Below are positions 16,305 to 24,624 of a stretch of DNA of 43,042 nucleotides, one piece after another. The translations under genes were made by a program, and so were the position numbers. Source of the DNA: a virus; IMG/VR virus record IMGVR_UViG_3300009413_000016, positions 1 to 43,042 of that record. One strand, given 5' to 3'. Below the pieces are notes generated by a model that saw only the letters and a program-made list of their open reading frames with translations, made no database searches and was not told where the DNA came from. The number at the start of each line of letters is the position of its first letter. The stretch's first letter is position 1.

Positions 16305-16505
16305 ATGCCGAAAAAGTATAGATATAGGTGTAAGCATTGCCACGAACTTCCTAAAGTTCGAGGTATGCCTTGCACTTCTGGTGGCAAAATTAAAGTAGTA
16401 AAATGCGAATGCCGATGGACGCCTCCCCATTATATATCTTACGCAATATGGATGAGTGAGTACGCCGTCGGCTCAGACCCGATTCAAGAGGAGATGAAAA
16501 TATGA
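16305..16505 (+). CDS. small Cys-rich protein (putative zinc ribbon), 66 aa
   Basis: CKHC...C...CEC cysteine pattern; ATGA overlap with the next gene. Confidence 0.55.
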   Translation: MPKKYRYRCKHCHELPKVRGMPCTSGGKIKVVKCECRWTPPHYISYAIWMSEYAVGSDPIQEEMKI

Positions 16506-16903
16506 CCCAACCATGCATAATTAAGCATGTCATGCAAACAGAAGATAAGAATTGTATGTCGGCGTGTATTACAATGATTACTGGGATTGATATTGACACA
16601 GTAACTAAAGAGTTTCATAAGGAATATTGTGACTGTAATATAGACCCGCACGAATACTTAGCTTATGTAGGAATGCCGTTCAGAAGATGTATGGCCGGAG
16701 AACGCAAGCTAATGCATAATCATGTATATTTTATGTGCGTTCCATCGCTGAATATACAAGGTGGATTGCATGAAGTCGTGGCTCAAATAAATAATGACGG
16801 TACTTGGTATATACTAGACCCCAATATGGGCAAAGAAAATAAAAAAGTATATATTGCTGGACCAGATAAAGATTTAAACCCAGGAATATATATATTCCTT
16901 TAA
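16502..16903 (+). CDS. papain-fold cysteine peptidase (C39-like), 133 aa
   Basis: Q-x5-C (QTEDKNCMSAC) with Gln six residues before the Cys, as in papain-like enzymes. Downstream GGLHEVV and ILDPN supply candidate His and Asp. GAGGAG RBS. Confidence 0.55.
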   Translation: MTQPCIIKHVMQTEDKNCMSACITMITGIDIDTVTKEFHKEYCDCNIDPHEYLAYVGMPFRRCMAGERKLMHNHVYFMCVPSLNIQGGLHEVVAQINNDGTWYILDPNMGKENKKVYIAGPDKDLNPGIYIFL

Positions 16904-16958
16904 CATCGTATGTATTAGAATACGAATTTAAACTTGAAGACATTAAGGCCAGATTATT

Positions 16959-17207
16959 ATGACAATCCAAAAAGTAACAAGTTATAAAGCGTCAGACGGT
17001 ACGTTATTCGATAATTATTCTGACGCGTATGACCATGACGCGGACATTGCTTTTAAAGAATGGTACCAAAAAGATGTGCTGCGGAATCCAGAAGAAGGAA
17101 TTGCCATTTATAATAACGCTGTTACGGCATGGTTACGCCGAAACAAAAATCGTATTATTGACTTCTTAGGTGAACGCGACCCAGAGGAAAAGCAAAATGA
17201 ACAATAA
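16959..17207 (+). CDS. early protein, unknown function (82 aa)
   Basis: ORF track; TAAGG upstream. Confidence 0.55.
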   Translation: MTIQKVTSYKASDGTLFDNYSDAYDHDADIAFKEWYQKDVLRNPEEGIAIYNNAVTAWLRRNKNRIIDFLGERDPEEKQNEQ

Positions 17208-17403
17208 GAAATTCGAAGAAATGCGCGAAGCGCAAGAGCGGCTGAAAGTCGCGTTAAAGCGAAATGCCGAACTTCAGCACAGTTACAAGTGGTTAGAACA
17301 GAAGGTATCAGCGTTAGAAGAACTAGAAGAAAATGTACGCGAGCATTTACGTAGAAACCCAAGCCAACGCGGTTACTTTTATGCCGACGACGAGGAAGGA
17401 TAA
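17197..17403 (+). CDS. coiled-coil early protein (68 aa)
   Basis: ORF track 17170-17403, trimmed to the ATG at 17197 preceded by GAGGAA. Confidence 0.55.
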   Translation: MNNKKFEEMREAQERLKVALKRNAELQHSYKWLEQKVSALEELEENVREHLRRNPSQRGYFYADDEEG

Positions 17404-17404
17404 T

Positions 17405-17602
17405 ATGTCTTGCCAAATTAAAGAAAACTTTGAAAATGACGAAATCGAACTTTGGGTAGATGGCGAATTTCGTGCGGGTTGGAATATGGTAGATATTCCT
17501 AAAGAAATAAAGCCTGTAATAGAAGGCATGCTTGATAAAGCGGTAGAAGCAGGAGAACATAATCATTTTCTAAAAGTTAGGAAACTAATATGTGGAATTT
17601 AA
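17405..17602 (+). CDS. early protein, unknown function (65 aa)
   Basis: ORF track 17333-17602, trimmed to the ATG at 17405 preceded by GGAAGGA. Confidence 0.55.
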   Translation: MSCQIKENFENDEIELWVDGEFRAGWNMVDIPKEIKPVIEGMLDKAVEAGEHNHFLKVRKLICGI

Positions 17603-17811
17603 TCAAGCGGTTCTTCTTTCTTAGATTACCAATTGAGCAACGCCGTTCACCATGGATGCGCGGCCTTTTGTACGCTGAAGAAGTCGGAGTTCAAGAAGCA
17701 ACTGACCAACTTTACAAACATGAGTTTGATGACGATTGCCGGGATTTTGATAAAGGTGTCTATGACTACATCAAACATGAACGCGAACAGTTAGGAGAAA
17801 ATCAAAGATGA
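17590..17811 (+). CDS. early protein, unknown function (73 aa), paralogue of 17808-17978
   Basis: ORF track; AGGAA RBS. Shares SPWM.GLLYAE.VG.Q with the next gene. Confidence 0.6.
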   Translation: MWNLIKRFFFLRLPIEQRRSPWMRGLLYAEEVGVQEATDQLYKHEFDDDCRDFDKGVYDYIKHEREQLGENQR

Positions 17812-17978
17812 TACGAAAATCGCCATGGATGAAAGGCCTACTTTATGCTGAGCATGTAGGAATTCAAAAAGCTAAAGAAAGGCTTTACCAACCTGCAAAA
17901 ACAAGAGATATGCGGGAGTTCCACAAAGGCATCAGAGAATACATTATTTATTGTACAATTGTGCTCAATGCTTTATAA
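17808..17978 (+). CDS. early protein (56 aa, not in the ORF track), paralogue of 17590-17811
   Basis: ATGA overlap, AGGAG RBS. Hand translation gives MIRKSPWMKGLLYAEHVGIQKAKERLYQ... Confidence 0.55.
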   Translation: MIRKSPWMKGLLYAEHVGIQKAKERLYQPAKTRDMREFHKGIREYIIYCTIVLNAL

Positions 17979-17979
17979 T
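17951..17979 (+). promoter_or_regulatory. promoter P4: TTGTAC-N17-TATAAT
   Basis: -35-like 17951-17956, -10 at 17974-17979. The leader carries acatacatatatacGGAGA before the ATG at 18023. Confidence 0.55.
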
Positions 17980-18022
17980 GGTAACATCACCAAGCCAACA
18001 TACATATATACGGAGAAATATT

Positions 18023-18313
18023 ATGGCTAAAGCAGTTAAATACTGGTACGGAAATGACACATTTGGGCGTCAAGTAGAAGTTGCTATGCGCGAAGATGAA
18101 GTGTACTTTGAGCGTCATCAATATCGTCACGAAATTTATGGTACACAAACCACTAAATGGGAACGTCACGAACCTTCTTTTGAAACCTCAACCAGAAACC
18201 AATATTCTGGTGAAGTTACGCGTCATCCTGAGCGCCCAATTATGACGTGGGGTTTTCAACGTCTGACACAATGCAACGAAGCTGGTTCTCGTCTTCGTTT
18301 ACCAAATAACTAA
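18023..18313 (+). CDS. protein of unknown function (96 aa)
   Basis: ORF track 17951-18313, trimmed to the ATG at 18023 preceded by GGAGA. Flanked by P4 and a terminator. Confidence 0.65.
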   Translation: MAKAVKYWYGNDTFGRQVEVAMREDEVYFERHQYRHEIYGTQTTKWERHEPSFETSTRNQYSGEVTRHPERPIMTWGFQRLTQCNEAGSRLRLPNN

Positions 18314-18315
18314 AT

Positions 18316-18340
18316 AAGAGCCTTCGGGCTCTTTTTCTTT
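18316..18340 (+). terminator. intrinsic terminator AAGAGCC-TTCG-GGCTCTT plus T run
   Basis: Stem 18316-18322 with 18327-18333, TTCG loop, followed by TTTTTCTTT. Confidence 0.75.
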
Positions 18341-18352
18341 AGGAGAAAATCA

Positions 18353-18514
18353 ATGAAATTACTTTTTACTGTTTTAGCGTCTTTGCTGTTTATTTATTTT
18401 GGGTACTTAGCTATTGGCCAAGAAAAATACAGCGTGGCTATTATATCTGCTGTTTGCGTTTTACTCGCCGTAGTTATCTACCGCGATGAAAAGAAATGGG
18501 ATGGTGAAAAATGA
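18353..18514 (+). CDS. 53-aa membrane protein with two hydrophobic helices (not in the ORF track)
   Basis: AGGAGA RBS. Hand translation gives MKLLFTVLASLLFIYFGYLAIGQEKYSVAIISAVCVLLAVVIY... ATGA overlap with the next gene. Confidence 0.55.
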   Translation: MKLLFTVLASLLFIYFGYLAIGQEKYSVAIISAVCVLLAVVIYRDEKKWDGEK

Positions 18515-18822
18515 GTATGTTAGTGCTAGTTGAGATATTTGAATCAATTGAAAAAGCAGCAGGACCAGAAGCGCGTATTGATTTTGCTTATAATCGTATT
18601 CAAACACCTGACCGCTCTTGGCCTACAATTACTCTTACCGTTATTTGGCCGAATGCTATCATAAGAAAAACCGAAGCGGATAAGAATTCAGATTGCGTAT
18701 ATCAGTACGACTTCGACGTAGGTGAGATTAAATATTCAATAAGCCAAGAAGCGCTTTACCAAAGAATCATAAACTATATAGCCGATATCCGACTACATTT
18801 ATATCCTAACCAAAAGTCATGA
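18511..18822 (+). CDS. protein of unknown function (103 aa)
   Basis: ORF track. Confidence 0.55.
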   Translation: MSMLVLVEIFESIEKAAGPEARIDFAYNRIQTPDRSWPTITLTVIWPNAIIRKTEADKNSDCVYQYDFDVGEIKYSISQEALYQRIINYIADIRLHLYPNQKS

Positions 18823-18935
18823 CTCTCTGGAATCATTTAGGGTTAATTTGTCTCAAGACGTGTAAGAATATACTCGATAAGCGCCATCATGAGCTTAGGA
18901 TTAACCCTATTTACATCTACGTATAAGGAAAGAAT

Positions 18936-19181
18936 ATGATATCTGTAACATGTAAACGCGATTTACTCCGCTGGTTCGTAGAATTGGTAATTTTGTTTTT
19001 TAGTTTTTCTGTGAGTTATCTAACTTTTGGTTTCTTTTTACCGCTGATTCTGGTAATTGAATACCAAGAGTATCAACTCTGGAAAATCCAGATGCAGATT
19101 ACAATTATCAACCAAAATATTGGCAAATTATCTGAAGCGACAAAAACAGGTATTCGCACTAAAACTCGCGAGGATTTCTAA
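18936..19181 (+). CDS. membrane protein, unknown function (81 aa)
   Basis: ORF track; AAGGAAAG RBS; hydrophobic stretch VELVILFFSFSVSYLTFGFFLPLILVI. Confidence 0.55.
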   Translation: MISVTCKRDLLRWFVELVILFFSFSVSYLTFGFFLPLILVIEYQEYQLWKIQMQITIINQNIGKLSEATKTGIRTKTREDF

Positions 19182-19183
19182 TA

Positions 19184-19417
19184 ATGGCAATTCAGATAAG
19201 ATTAGACATAGCCGTAACTAGCACGCGCCGTTCAGACCCACATATGTTTTATTTTGATGATAAATGTGGAACTGAATTAAGCGTAATGGAAACTAATGCC
19301 GAACGAGCATTCAAAAAAGCGAAGGCTGATTATTCTAGAATTAAGCAGACTAATTATGGTATTCTGTATTTAACGCGCGTATCGCGCATGACTAAAAACC
19401 ATAATTTTCAAGGTTAA
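19184..19417 (+). CDS. protein of unknown function (77 aa)
   Basis: ORF track; GAGGA RBS. Confidence 0.55.
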   Translation: MAIQIRLDIAVTSTRRSDPHMFYFDDKCGTELSVMETNAERAFKKAKADYSRIKQTNYGILYLTRVSRMTKNHNFQG

Positions 19418-19499
19418 AATACTCTGGAAAACTAATATATACACTTAAGAATAGACGTCATATACTGCGGCGTCTTAACACACATATACGGATAGCAAT

Positions 19500-19694
19500 A
19501 TGGCAAACGAAATCAAAAATCAAAACGAGCAATTGTCTCAAGTAAACCACCTCGCCTCTCAAATTTTTGAAAATTCGTCTAAGATTATAGACGAACGATT
19601 CGGTCAGAATTACGCACGAAAGAATCCAAATCTTCTTGCTTCTGTAGTTTCTCTACAAGAAAAACTATTCGCACATCAAAATAAAACAGCTTAA
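19500..19694 (+). CDS. protein of unknown function (64 aa)
   Basis: ORF track; leader acacatatacGGA resembles the leaders of P3 and P4. Confidence 0.5.
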   Translation: MANEIKNQNEQLSQVNHLASQIFENSSKIIDERFGQNYARKNPNLLASVVSLQEKLFAHQNKTA

Positions 19695-19712
19695 CGCATT
19701 TAAGGAATACGA

Positions 19713-22106
19713 ATGGCCATTCGCAGACACAAGGCTATTGTATCTTTAGGTACGTCTGTTTATAACAACAAAATAACACAGAAAGAAATTACGATTTCTC
19801 AGTTATTTAAACGACTATCAGAGCCAAATAGCCAAACTAAAAAAGACGGTAAGTATTTTATATTCGCGTCATTTGAAGGAAATGAGCGAAATGCTAAAAC
19901 GATAAAAGAGCATTATGGCGCAGTCATAGACTTAGATGATACAAGTCTCACATTAACCAAGATTAAAAAGAAGTTTGCTAAATACCCGCATTGTATATAC
20001 AGCACACATTCACATAAGGCAAAAGGTAAAGGCGATAGATTCAGATTAGTCTTACCATATAAACAGCCAATAGATAATACGACTCACGTCGAAACTATGC
20101 TTTACCTTATGGATACGCTTGGCGCTAAAGATGTGGATTTATCTTCTAAAGCTTTATCTCGGCCGATGTATCTTCCTGCAGTTCATCCCGACAGAAAAGG
20201 AACATTTGAGTATTTCTCCAATTTAGACGGATTATTCTTTAATCCTCTAAACCAGAATATTCGAGACCAAGTTGCTCAACTTCGTTTTGAACTAGATGAA
20301 AATGCTCTTGCTTCTTCTGAAGCTCCGTTTGACCCGAATACGGACGTAGAAGAAGGCGGACGAAATGATGCTTTAGCCCGGTTCATAGGTAAAACAATAA
20401 AAACAGGAATGGCTGTAGATGAAATTCTACCTATGGTCGAATCTTGGAATCAGATTAAACTTAGCCCTCCGCTTAGCGACAAAGAAGTCAAAACGATATT
20501 TAACTCTATTGTTAATTCTCATAAGAGAAATCACGGAGATTTAGTATGGGGTTATGATGAAATAATATCGAGAATAGATAAGAGCAAAGATATGAGCTCT
20601 GACTTCGACCATATTCTCGATATTATCTGTACTGCTATTGCTAAGAATAAACTTTCTAAAGTAAAAGTCGAATTAATAGTAGATAAACTCAGCAAAAAGT
20701 CTAAAATTGGCAAGCGTACAATTCAGAAAGAAATCACTTCTAAAGAATTAGAACTAGCCGGTAAACTTGAAGAATCTAATGAGGAAGGATTTGAGTCCGC
20801 TGCTAATGCTTTAAAAGAAGATTTCAAAAAATGGGTGTACGTTGCTTCTGATGACCGAGTATATAACCTAAAAACAGGTGAGTATTATAAGCGTGAAGCT
20901 TTCTCAGCCATGTTCGCAAATCCTAATGTTGAAGGCTCTTTGTTTGCGATGATTATGAAATATAATCTGATGAAGAAAGTGTCACGGTTAGAGTTTGACC
21001 CGGCAGAAGCAGAAGTGTATATTCGCGGTGGTGTTAAATACGCTAATACTTATATTTACCCTGACATCTTTCCTTTACCCGGTTCTATTCTTCCAGTGAT
21101 AAAGCATTTTGAATACTTAATACCAGATGAGTATGAGCGCAAAATACTATTGGACTTTATTGCACATTTAGTTCAATTCCCAGGAATCAAAATCAGATGG
21201 ATGCCGGTTATCAAAGGTGGTAAAGGTATCGGTAAAACGATTATTGCGGAAAAAATCATTCTGCCTATAATCGGATTCACTAATTTCGGTAAAGTGAATA
21301 ATGAGGTAATTAAATCCGACTTTAACGCTTGGCAATTAGACAAACAGCTGGTGGTCTTTGAGGAACTTGATATTGGCGCAAATCAGAAAGAGAAAGAGCA
21401 GCTCACTGATAGACTCAAATCGTTTATTACAGATAATATTCTTACTGCACACAGAAAAGGACTAGACCCGTACGATACTATCAACAAGGCCAATTCTCTG
21501 GCTTTTACGAATAAAGATGATGCGATAATTATCACCGCAGATGAGCGTCGATTCTGTATGATTCGTACAGATGTAAAACCACAGAAGGATGAATACTATC
21601 AGCGGTTAGCGAATTTTGCTGATAAGAATTTAAGCCAAATATATTACTTTTTTATGGAACGAGATTTATCCGACTTTTCGCCTCTACGAGCTCCTGAAAC
21701 TGACTATACGAAAGAAGTTAAAGCGCTATCTATGGGATGGCCAGGTTCAATCGTTAACGCGTGGATACAAGACCCAAGCCATCCTATTCATAAAGCCGGA
21801 TGCGTGAGTAATACTCAAGTAGTAGATTTTGTACGAGCAGAGTCCACCGGCCGTTATCGGTCATTAGCAGAAGACTTACAAAGCCCGGGTTCCAGCCAAG
21901 CGAAAAAGCTTTACTATACTTTGCGAAACTTCGGCTTTTCTAAGTATGAAAATCCGAGCAGCAATGATGGAAGAATACGCATAAATGGGAAACTTGAAAC
22001 AGTGTGGCTAATGCCAGAATCTGGACTAGAGAAGTCTGCGTCTAAATTAGTTTTGCGTAAATTACGCCAAATAAAAATACGGGATGATAATTGGGATGAA
22101 GGTTAA
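19713..22106 (+). CDS. bifunctional primase (prim-pol type) / SF3 helicase
   Basis: N-terminal VIDLDD and STHSH motifs. PriCT-like GGRNDALARFIGK. Walker A GGKGIGKT, Walker B LVVFEELD. Confidence 0.8.
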   Translation: MAIRRHKAIVSLGTSVYNNKITQKEITISQLFKRLSEPNSQTKKDGKYFIFASFEGNERNAKTIKEHYGAVIDLDDTSLTLTKIKKKFAKYPHCIYSTHSHKAKGKGDRFRLVLPYKQPIDNTTHVETMLYLMDTLGAKDVDLSSKALSRPMYLPAVHPDRKGTFEYFSNLDGLFFNPLNQNIRDQVAQLRFELDENALASSEAPFDPNTDVEEGGRNDALARFIGKTIKTGMAVDEILPMVESWNQIKLSPPLSDKEVKTIFNSIVNSHKRNHGDLVWGYDEIISRIDKSKDMSSDFDHILDIICTAIAKNKLSKVKVELIVDKLSKKSKIGKRTIQKEITSKELELAGKLEESNEEGFESAANALKEDFKKWVYVASDDRVYNLKTGEYYKREAFSAMFANPNVEGSLFAMIMKYNLMKKVSRLEFDPAEAEVYIRGGVKYANTYIYPDIFPLPGSILPVIKHFEYLIPDEYERKILLDFIAHLVQFPGIKIRWMPVIKGGKGIGKTIIAEKIILPIIGFTNFGKVNNEVIKSDFNAWQLDKQLVVFEELDIGANQKEKEQLTDRLKSFITDNILTAHRKGLDPYDTINKANSLAFTNKDDAIIITADERRFCMIRTDVKPQKDEYYQRLANFADKNLSQIYYFFMERDLSDFSPLRAPETDYTKEVKALSMGWPGSIVNAWIQDPSHPIHKAGCVSNTQVVDFVRAESTGRYRSLAEDLQSPGSSQAKKLYYTLRNFGFSKYENPSSNDGRIRINGKLETVWLMPESGLEKSASKLVLRKLRQIKIRDDNWDEG

Positions 22107-22425
22107 AAGTAAAAAACAACTTTCGGTTAAACCAAAACCAGTTAAACCGAAATTTAAAAAAGGCGCTAATCACGTAGATTACGCCAATATAATTTATACA
22201 GAAGAATTTGACCATTACCAAGCATATATAAAAGAAACGTGTTTAGATGGAAACCAAAAGAGTGCCAGATTAATAATACACGTTATGCTTCCATCTGGCC
22301 AAAATTTACCGTGCTACCACGCTGATTGCATACGCCCAGATTTAAATATGGCTGTAGCAGTCCTTCGTGACCAAATAAGCGAATGGCGATATGCGTTTAA
22401 TACCAGAAATATCGAGTCGCTTTAA
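22084..22425 (+). CDS. basic protein, unknown function (113 aa; start may be the ATG at 22096)
   Basis: ORF track; overlaps the primase stop; Lys-rich N-terminus. Confidence 0.5.
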   Translation: MIIGMKVKSKKQLSVKPKPVKPKFKKGANHVDYANIIYTEEFDHYQAYIKETCLDGNQKSARLIIHVMLPSGQNLPCYHADCIRPDLNMAVAVLRDQISEWRYAFNTRNIESL

Positions 22426-22543
22426 AAAGATAATTGGATAATAATAAGAAATTATGCAATTATTTAGTTTACTCAACCTGCGTTTAAGTCTACTATAATT
22501 ATGCTTTTACGCAAAAACTTAATTTAACAAAGGAAATTTTCAA

Positions 22544-23095
22544 ATGGCTAAAATTATTATCGAAACTGAAGACAAAGCTCTGGCAAAAGCAATCGCCGAA
22601 ATCCTGGGCACTTCAGCTGCAGCTACTTCTGGCAAAGCGTCGAATAAAAAGACTGCTCCTGAAGTAGAAGAAGCAGATGAAGAAGAAATCACAGTAGACA
22701 TGATTGTCGAGCTGTGTAAAGAAATCGGTGCGAAAGAATGTCGTCCAATTCTGAAAGACGCCGGTTATTCAAACCCGACTGCGTTGAAGAAAGATAAAGA
22801 CGTAGATGAAGATACTTTGGCTGAAATCTACGAGCAGCTTCTGGAACTTCAAGAACCTGAAGAAGACGAAGACGAAGACGAAGACGAAGACGAAGACGAA
22901 GACGAAGACGAAGACGAAGACGAAGACGAAATCGACGTTGAAACCGTCAAAAAAGCAGTTCAAGCTTTTGCCAAAGAAAACGGCAAAGAAGAAGCTGACG
23001 AAATCCTCGAAGAATTCGAAATCAAGTCTGTTCGCTCTCTGAAGAAACTGTCTCAAGAGCAGCTCGAAGAGCTTTACGAAGCTGTTACTGAATAA
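22544..23095 (+). CDS. highly acidic protein with an (ED)11 tract; candidate DNA mimic or chaperone
   Basis: 183 aa, very Asp/Glu-rich. AAGGAA RBS, its own upstream TATAAT (22494-22499) and a downstream terminator. Confidence 0.6.
   Translation: MAKIIIETEDKALAKAIAEILGTSAAATSGKASNKKTAPEVEEADEEEITVDMIVELCKEIGAKECRPILKDAGYSNPTALKKDKDVDEDTLAEIYEQLLELQEPEEDEDEDEDEDEDEDEDEDEDEDEIDVETVKKAVQAFAKENGKEEADEILEEFEIKSVRSLKKLSQEQLEELYEAVTE
22862..22927 (+). repeat. hexanucleotide microsatellite (GAAGAC)x11, in frame within the acidic protein gene
   Basis: Counted directly: 66 nt of perfect gaagac repeats. Confidence 0.95.
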
Positions 23096-23122
23096 GTAGT
23101 AATTTACCGATTTTGAAAGTTC

Positions 23123-23150
23123 AAAAAGGCGGGCTTTTGCTCGCCTTTTT
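23123..23150. terminator. intrinsic terminator (bidirectional type)
   Basis: AAAAA-GGCGGGC-TTTT-GCTCGCC-TTTTT; 7-bp stem including one G-U pair. Confidence 0.75.
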
Positions 23151-23169
23151 AGTATTAAGGAGAAAATCC

Positions 23170-23352
23170 ATGAAATCAATGCCACATGAACTTCGTGATT
23201 TAATTGACGATGCAAAGAAAAATCGTATCCAGGCCATCCGTTTCGGCGGCTCAGAACAAATTACGTCTGAAGAAATTAAAGAAGCTCAAGAAGCTTTAGC
23301 TTCAGGCAATGAAAAGAAAATGCATATTGCCATTCAAATTCTCAAAGGCTAA
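23170..23352 (+). CDS. protein of unknown function (60 aa)
   Basis: ORF track 23113-23352, trimmed to the ATG at 23170 preceded by AAGGAGA. Confidence 0.55.
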   Translation: MKSMPHELRDLIDDAKKNRIQAIRFGGSEQITSEEIKEAQEALASGNEKKMHIAIQILKG

Positions 23353-23355
23353 AAT

Positions 23356-24624
23356 ATGTCACACTCCAGATTAGCAGCTTCTAAAGCTCCGCAATGGATT
23401 CGCTGCCCTGGCTCAATAGCGTACGTTGAATTCCTGATAAAGGAAGGCAAAATACCAGAAGACAAAGCCGGCGATGCAGCTCGATTAGGTACAGCAGTTC
23501 ACGATATAATCGAGCATTGTATCAAGCAGGAAATCCATCCTCGCGCTCTTACAAAGCGGCAAATTGACCGAATAGTAAAGGCAGACCCTGAAACCAAAAA
23601 CATTATCATTACTTCTAAAGAAATCGGCGGCGCTTCTATGTGTGTCGAACGCGCTGAATTACTTAGAGGTGAATTTGATGAATTATTTGCAGAACGTAAA
23701 TACGACCTATCATTTCGTTATGATGTTGATTTAGGCGGAACATGTGATATCTCTGCTTTTCAACAAAATGGATGGTTGGCAATTGAAGATTATAAGAATG
23801 GCCGCGGAGCTGTAGAAGCTTCTAGTTACCAGCTTATGATTTACGCGCTTGGCGCTTATCATAACGAAGGAGATTGGTATAATTTTCAGAATGTACGGCG
23901 TACGGTTATTCAGCCTAATGCTTCACATCCTGAAGGTAAAATTCGCTCTGAAGAAATATCGGTCTACGAGCTGCTCAAATGGGAAGAAGAAGTACTTGCT
24001 CCAGCGGTTACTAAGATTGCGAGAAATACTGCCGAGTTAATTCCTGGCCCAATTCAATGTGAGTGGTGTCCTGCGCGACATTTGTGTGAAGCGAATGCCA
24101 AGGATTCACTCAGCATAGCTCAAATCGATTTTCAGAATGTAGCAAGCCCAAAGCCAGAACTCCCCGCACCTCAAAGCTTAAGCAAAGACCAACTCGCGTT
24201 TGTCGTTGATAATAAAAGCCGGATTCTCAAGTTTCTAGATGCGTGTGAGAACCACGTGTTTAAAACCATTGAGAGGGGAGAACAAATTGGTGATTACCAT
24301 TTAGAAAATAAAATTGGCAACAGAGTTCTATTGGAAGAAAAGTTAAAACGTAAGTTAAAACTTAAACGCATTTCCGTAGAAGATGTTACAATGACACCTG
24401 AACCTAAGCTGATGACAGTAACTCAGCTTGAAGCTTATCTTGCGGCTGTTAAAAAATGGCCAAAAGATAAGATAGCCAAATTCATGGAATCTGTCACTGA
24501 GAAGCCTATAACAGGCCAAAAGCTGGCAAAGACCTTGAATACCGCTGAATCCGATTTCAGCAATCTGAAAACTTCGAAAACTTCGAAAACTTCGAAAAAT
24601 AGAAAACTTAGGAGGCCACGATAA
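23356..24624 (+). CDS. PD-(D/E)XK exonuclease, Cas4/RecB-like (DUF2800-type)
   Basis: N-terminal W.RCPGS. Nuclease core GGTCD...IEDYK. C-terminal Cys cluster CEWCPARHLC. Confidence 0.75.
   Translation: MSHSRLAASKAPQWIRCPGSIAYVEFLIKEGKIPEDKAGDAARLGTAVHDIIEHCIKQEIHPRALTKRQIDRIVKADPETKNIIITSKEIGGASMCVERAELLRGEFDELFAERKYDLSFRYDVDLGGTCDISAFQQNGWLAIEDYKNGRGAVEASSYQLMIYALGAYHNEGDWYNFQNVRRTVIQPNASHPEGKIRSEEISVYELLKWEEEVLAPAVTKIARNTAELIPGPIQCEWCPARHLCEANAKDSLSIAQIDFQNVASPKPELPAPQSLSKDQLAFVVDNKSRILKFLDACENHVFKTIERGEQIGDYHLENKIGNRVLLEEKLKRKLKLKRISVEDVTMTPEPKLMTVTQLEAYLAAVKKWPKDKIAKFMESVTEKPITGQKLAKTLNTAESDFSNLKTSKTSKTSKNRKLRRPR
24568..24594 (+). repeat. 9-bp tandem repeat (aaaacttcg)x3 encoding KTS KTS KTS
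   Basis: Read directly; lies in the C-terminal tail of the exonuclease gene. Confidence 0.9.

Noticed and set aside
16883-16898. A perfect 16-nt palindrome GGAATATATATATTCC at the 3' end of the peptidase gene.
   Set aside because: It lies within coding sequence (PGIYIFL), is AT-rich and has no T-run immediately after it. It could form a weak hairpin, but there is no supporting evidence of function.
17951-18022. N-terminally extended starts given by the ORF track: 17951, 17170, 17333, 23113, 30410, 31626 (TTG), 14313 (TTG), 5507 and 2166.
   Set aside because: In each case an internal ATG has a properly spaced AGGAG-like RBS, while the upstream start lacks one or overlaps a promoter, terminator or the preceding gene.
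18838-18909. A 10-bp inverted repeat tagggttaat / attaacccta separated by 52 nt, with a possible 35-aa ORF (18819-18926) spanning it.
   Set aside because: The short AT-rich arms and large loop are weak evidence for structure. The ORF has no convincing RBS and is too short to support.
22862-22927. The eleven GAAGAC (BbsI-type recognition sequence) copies as a restriction-site decoy or regulatory array.
   Set aside because: The tract is in frame and simply encodes (ED)11 in an already acidic protein. Nothing in the sequence supports a DNA-level function.
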